Shown here piece by piece: positions 8,141 to 12,044 of a stretch of 12,044 bases of DNA. Both the position numbers and the translations under genes were made by a program. A model generated the notes under the pieces. The model searched no databases and was not told where the DNA came from. It saw nothing but the letters and a program-made list of their open reading frames with translations. How positions within the stretch are numbered: position 1 is the first letter of the stretch; every line of letters starts with the position of its first letter. This DNA is from Candidatus Hermodarchaeota archaeon (GTDB lineage: Archaea > Asgardarchaeota > Lokiarchaeia > Sigyniarchaeales > SOKP01): assembly GCA_048885925.1 (NCBI GenBank), contig JBHLLG010000087.1, forward strand, positions 1 to 12,044, in the 5' to 3' direction.

Positions 8141-8797
8141 ATGCTTAACTCTATAATCATTCGTATACTCCTCATCGTTAGTTTTTTTTTCTTTGGGTAC
8201 AACATTGTATTTATTATCCTCTATAAGAAAAGACATAAAAAGAATGAAGATACCAATAAAGAAAATAATTTTCTAAACGAAATAAGAGTTTTCGCGAGAT
8301 TAGGAATTCATATCATTAACATCTTCATCTTTTTAGTATGTTTAAATATCTTCTTATATGATTATTGGTTGTTAGTTTTTCCTAGAATCAATTTAGGCAT
8401 TTTAAGTGATGTTACTCAAATTATTGGTTTTACTTTAATTATTGGAGGGAATATCTCATTACTCTTAGCTTATCGTAAATTAGGAGTATACTGGAATTAT
8501 CCTATTGACGGTACAAGTAAGAAGAAAAAGTTAGTGAAAACTGGTATTTATGGCCGTATTAGACATCCAATATATCTCTCATTTAATATATTTTGCATTG
8601 GTTTCAATTTACTATTACTTGATTGGTTCTTATTAATATTATACGTTATTGGATCAATTGGTCTCTATATTCAGGCAATTGATGAAGAAAAAATATTGCT
8701 CAGACATTTTGGAGAAGAATATGCTGAATATATGGAAAAAACAGGGCGATTTTTTATTAAATTAAAAAAAAATAGTAGGAAAAAAATTAAAATTTAA
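8141..8797 (+). CDS. Isoprenylcysteine carboxyl methyltransferase (ICMT/Ste14/PEMT) family membrane protein
   Basis: Several hydrophobic segments plus the signatures LVKTGIYGRIRHPIY and EEKILLRHFGEEYAEYMEKTGRF. Confidence 0.9.
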   Translation: MLNSIIIRILLIVSFFFFGYNIVFIILYKKRHKKNEDTNKENNFLNEIRVFARLGIHIINIFIFLVCLNIFLYDYWLLVFPRINLGILSDVTQIIGFTLIIGGNISLLLAYRKLGVYWNYPIDGTSKKKKLVKTGIYGRIRHPIYLSFNIFCIGFNLLLLDWFLLILYVIGSIGLYIQAIDEEKILLRHFGEEYAEYMEKTGRFFIKLKKNSRKKIKI

Positions 8798-8808
8798 GGT
8801 ATGAACAC

Positions 8809-9045
8809 TTATTTCATTACTTCAAAATAAATATACCACTGCTCTTCATCATCGAGATATTCTGTTCCTAAATGTTTATGTTTAGTCTTCGCTAAATCAC
8901 GTGGAACAGATTCACTGGCGGGTTTGTAGTCTGTTACCACTTTCAAAACAGTTCCAGGTCTCATTTTCATGAGTTGTTTCTTAGTTTTTAAAGCTGGAAC
9001 AGGACATACTAATCCACAGACATTTAATTCCATATCATATTTCAT
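8809..9045 (-). CDS. tusA: TusA/SirA-family sulfur carrier protein (78 aa)
   Basis: LNVCGLVCPVP (CPxP persulfide motif) followed by PGTVLKVVTDY. Start reassigned to ATG at 9045, which has an SD-like AAGGAG upstream and does not overlap the preceding gene. Confidence 0.88.
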   Translation of the reverse strand: MKYDMELNVCGLVCPVPALKTKKQLMKMRPGTVLKVVTDYKPASESVPRDLAKTKHKHLGTEYLDDEEQWYIYFEVMK

Positions 9046-9054
9046 TTTATTTCT

Positions 9055-9060
9055 CTCCTT
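9055..9060 (-). promoter_or_regulatory. Ribosome-binding site (AAGGAG) for tusA
   Basis: CTCCTT on the + strand reads AAGGAG on the - strand, 9 nt upstream of ATG 9045. Confidence 0.6.
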
Positions 9061-9079
9061 GATTATTTTATTTAAATAT

Positions 9080-11548
9080 TTAATCACAAATTATAGAAAA
9101 TATCGGTTCTTCCATATCAGGTTCAGCTTTCATTTCAAGTTTCATTAACTGAACTAATCGAAGAGTTTCATATCTAACCTTCTTTGGTTCAATTCCTGTT
9201 TCTTTTGAAACATCTGATATAGTGCTTGGACCTTGAAGGGATATATAATCTAATACTCGCTGCCTTGGGGTTTTTTCAAAGCTCATTAAATCACGCTTTG
9301 CTTTAAGATTAATAGCAGTTTTCAATTCTTCTTCATTTACTTTTACTTGTTCGAATAATCCACTTTCTATTGCCTTCTCAACAAGTTCTTTGCCACGTTC
9401 CGTCCATATTACAACAGTAGTATAACCTTTTTTAGATCCTACTTCACCTGCTGTAAGATCTGAATATATTGCAGGGAAATCTTGACAGTGAGCGCAGAAA
9501 TAATTGCAACTTAAACATCTCCGCGCTTCTTGTAAAGCCATATCTTCATTGAACATTTTATCAATCTCTTCAAAACTCCAACTTATTTCTTCAGTAGCTT
9601 CATCAAGAGTTTCTGGTTTTATTGAGTAATCTTTTGGAGGTTTCTTTGGTCCTGTAAAAAATGAATTTACTATCTTAGATCTTCCTTCAATTAAGTTTTC
9701 CCCTTTTAAATATCGGTCAATTGAGATTGCAGCTTCCTTTCCATGAGCTATTGCAGCAATTGCAACAGCTTTAGAATTACTAATAATATCTCCTCCCGCA
9801 AAAACTCCAGATATATTAGTTTCAAAAGTGATTTCATTTACTTTTATTTTATTCCGGTCTTTCTCCAATTTATTATTTGTGGCTGCATCTATTTGTTCGA
9901 AATCAACAGCTTGACCAACTGCGATTACAATAGAATCCACAGGTATTTCATAATCTGATCCATTAATTTTATTTAATGGCTTTCTTCCATTTTCATCGGG
10001 ATTACCCCACTCGATATTGTAACAATTCAAGACTAATTTATCTTCTTTATTCTGAGTGATTTTAGAAGTTGAAGTCGTAAAGTGAAATTCCATAAATTCC
10101 ATTTCATTTTCAGGGATTTCCCTTAATACCAATTCAAGCTGTTCTTTTGTCATGATATCAACTAGGTGAACTTTTTCAGCGCCCAGTCTAAGAGCCGTTT
10201 GAGCAACGTCAACAGCAACAGGACCTCCCCCAATTATTCCTAAAGTTTTACCTCGAAATTCTTCTTTATTCTCCCAGTATCGATACTTCCTATCCATTAA
10301 GAATGTAATTGCTACATGTACATTTGGTAATGATTCCCCTTCTAAGTGAAGAGTACGAGGCTTATATTGACCTGTTGCTATGAAAATGGCTTTAAAACCT
10401 TCATTTTTCAGATCATCAATAGTCATATCAGGACCTAATGGTTTATTGAGTACAACTTTAACTCCGGAATCCATAATCCTGCCTACATCATAATCTAATA
10501 CATAATTAGGCAATCTAAATTGTGGAACACCAAATCTTAGCATCCCTCCAGTTTGATCTGTCTTCTCAAATATCGTGGGTGCATAACCCATTCTCTTTAA
10601 GAAATATGCTGCTGTTAATCCAGCTGGTCCAGATCCAATAATTGCAACCCTTTTAGCATTTCTATTTAATTTAGGTTTTGATTTTGAAGAATTTTTGACT
10701 CTTTCAATTTCCCATTCTGTTACAAATTTCTTTAATTCACGTATCGCAACTGGATGGTCATCTCCAATTAAGGTGCAACCATGTTCACATTCATTTGTAC
10801 AAATTCTTCCACAAATCGAGGGAAGCGGATTTCTTTCTCTAATTAAATCTACAGCTTCTTGATATTTTCCTTGACGTATTAATGAAATATACCCTTGAGC
10901 ATTAACTCCAGAAGGACAACCATTACAACATGGAGAACATACTAATCCTTTATCTGTTTGTTCAGTTCGAATCTGTGAATTACAAAATAAACCTATCTTT
11001 AATATATCTCTATTCATTTCTTCTTCAATTTCAGCAGCTCCTCGTATTTCACAAGGTACACCAACAATTCCAATTGGATCAAATGTTTCACCAGTAAGTT
11101 CTACCAATTTTTCTAGGACACCAGACCTACCATAAATAACACCAGCTTTTTCAATTACTTCATTAGGATCTGATATAATTGCTGCAGTAGGTTTCTCATC
11201 TTCCTCTTGAACCATAATTATTTCTTTGATTGTCCCATTTTCTAACAATTCTTTAGAAAATGTAGTAACAAATCCTCCACTTGAAGCTTTAGCTAAAGTC
11301 TCAGGATTTTTACTCCTTAATGAATAAATCGCAAGAGGTTGCTTTTCTTCGAATTTTTTTTGGATTACTTGGGGGCAATTTTGGTAACATTTACCACAAT
11401 CTTGCCCATCTCTTTCTAAAATACAATAATCTTTCAATTTCGGACGTCTAAATTCCATTTGAATATGTTTACATGAACCAGCACATAAGCCACATCCTTG
11501 ACATAGACCAGCATCTACTATTTCTTCTCGTAATAATTCAAAACTCAT
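9080..11548 (-). CDS. Multidomain Fe-S flavoprotein: ferredoxin + FrhB/FdhB-family domain interrupted by a GltD/NfnB(SudA)-type pyridine-nucleotide oxidoreductase module + C-terminal winged HTH
   Basis: Ferredoxin motifs CQGCGLCAGSC and CGKCYQNCP. FrhB motifs SSGGFVT, IVGVPC and KIGLFC. Insert with PCCNGCP, NPLPSICGRIC...CEHGC, VAIIGSGPAGL, GGMLRFGVPQFRLP, IIGGGPVAVD, GVFAGGD and EARRCLSC. FrhB resumes with CAHCQDF...SDLTAGEVGSKKGYTTVVIWTERG. The tail is RQRVLDYISLQGPSTISDVSKETGIEPKKVRYETLRLV. Confidence 0.9.
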   Translation of the reverse strand: MSFELLREEIVDAGLCQGCGLCAGSCKHIQMEFRRPKLKDYCILERDGQDCGKCYQNCPQVIQKKFEEKQPLAIYSLRSKNPETLAKASSGGFVTTFSKELLENGTIKEIIMVQEEDEKPTAAIISDPNEVIEKAGVIYGRSGVLEKLVELTGETFDPIGIVGVPCEIRGAAEIEEEMNRDILKIGLFCNSQIRTEQTDKGLVCSPCCNGCPSGVNAQGYISLIRQGKYQEAVDLIRERNPLPSICGRICTNECEHGCTLIGDDHPVAIRELKKFVTEWEIERVKNSSKSKPKLNRNAKRVAIIGSGPAGLTAAYFLKRMGYAPTIFEKTDQTGGMLRFGVPQFRLPNYVLDYDVGRIMDSGVKVVLNKPLGPDMTIDDLKNEGFKAIFIATGQYKPRTLHLEGESLPNVHVAITFLMDRKYRYWENKEEFRGKTLGIIGGGPVAVDVAQTALRLGAEKVHLVDIMTKEQLELVLREIPENEMEFMEFHFTTSTSKITQNKEDKLVLNCYNIEWGNPDENGRKPLNKINGSDYEIPVDSIVIAVGQAVDFEQIDAATNNKLEKDRNKIKVNEITFETNISGVFAGGDIISNSKAVAIAAIAHGKEAAISIDRYLKGENLIEGRSKIVNSFFTGPKKPPKDYSIKPETLDEATEEISWSFEEIDKMFNEDMALQEARRCLSCNYFCAHCQDFPAIYSDLTAGEVGSKKGYTTVVIWTERGKELVEKAIESGLFEQVKVNEEELKTAINLKAKRDLMSFEKTPRQRVLDYISLQGPSTISDVSKETGIEPKKVRYETLRLVQLMKLEMKAEPDMEEPIFSIICD

Positions 11549-11550
11549 AT

Positions 11551-12044
11551 TTATTCCTCTTTAATTTTAATTTCTTTTATAATACCAATTGGATCAATTG
11601 TAAATTCAACTAAGCCATTCTTATAGGTTCCCTCAACCACATCAAAAATATGGGTCCTATATTCTTCGAAGTTATCCTTATCATCAATTTGTGACCTAAA
11701 TCCTCCAAAGAATACATTTGATAAATTCATATTTCCGGCAATCTTACGAATTTCTTGAGTGATTTTCTTATAGTGATCTGGATTCTTATTTTGAATAGAT
11801 TCTTGAAGATTTTCTTCTAATTTTAATAATTCCTTTCGATATTTCTTAGTTTGATCACTAACTTCAATATTATTAGCTCCTTCGTAAGTTTCAATTATTT
11901 TCAATGTTAACGATATCGAATGATCTCCTCCTAATAATCCTGAAATTAAGGGTAATTCTTCAATCAATCTTCCTGTAAAAACATCCTCTAATAAATTACC
12001 TTTTGAAGGAATTCGGCCTTTTGGTAATCCTGAGGTTGGTAAAG
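11551..12044 (-). CDS. C-terminal part of a protein ending in a degenerate [NiFe]-hydrogenase large-subunit-like segment, 5'-truncated by the window
   Basis: The frame stays open from 11967 to the window edge: LPTSGLPKGRIPSKGNLLEDVFTGRLIEELPLISGLLGGDHSISLTLKIIETYEGANNIEVSDQTKKYRKELL. This resembles the group 3 large-subunit N-terminus (E....GR..EE.P.I..RICG.C...H.......E.A.GIEV......R.LL) without the cysteines. It stops 2 nt before the next ATG. Confidence 0.55.
   Translation of the reverse strand, partial: LPTSGLPKGRIPSKGNLLEDVFTGRLIEELPLISGLLGGDHSISLTLKIIETYEGANNIEVSDQTKKYRKELLKLEENLQESIQNKNPDHYKKITQEIRKIAGNMNLSNVFFGGFRSQIDDKDNFEEYRTHIFDVVEGTYKNGLVEFTIDPIGIIKEIKIKEE

Noticed and set aside
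9046-9087. 14-aa N-terminal extension of TusA given by the ORF track
   Set aside because: It overlaps the upstream stop codon and contains the SD sequence. ATG 9045 gives a typical TusA length.
5121-9958. ORFs 5121-5312 (+), 5901-6098 (-) and 9743-9958 (+)
   Set aside because: They overlap real genes or an AT-rich promoter gap, have low-complexity or shadow composition, and show no motifs.
8809-12044. Selenocysteine (UGA) recoding in the redox operon, since some Asgard redox proteins are selenoproteins
   Set aside because: No in-frame TGA interrupts these genes, all complete genes end in TAA or TAG, and I saw no convincing SECIS-like hairpin.

Overview
AT-rich, gene-dense window that looks archaeal and is most compatible with an Asgard (Lokiarchaeia-like) genome. 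That is an inference from the archaeal-type MetRS, the FrhB-family redox protein and the eukaryote-like vWA/RING and HEAT proteins. In order it contains: the 3' end of an M20 (ArgE/DapE) metallohydrolase; a vWA protein with two C4HC3 zinc fingers resembling TFIIH p44/Ssl1 or Rpn10; methionyl-tRNA synthetase, whose real N-terminus lies about 490 nt upstream of the ORF-track start and has no in-frame ATG/GTG/TTG; a divergent RtcB-fold protein; an internally duplicated orphan; a BrxD-like P-loop ATPase; a HEAT-repeat protein; and an ICMT-family membrane methyltransferase. It ends with a minus-strand redox operon: a Cys-less [NiFe]-hydrogenase large-subunit-like fragment, an FrhB-family protein with a whole GltD/NfnB-type module inserted inside it plus a C-terminal winged helix, and TusA. 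The strongest novelty candidates are the FrhB::GltD/NfnB::wHTH chimera with its operon, the non-canonical start of metG, the vWA double-RING protein and the remodelled RtcB. All family calls come from motif recognition by eye, with no database searches.
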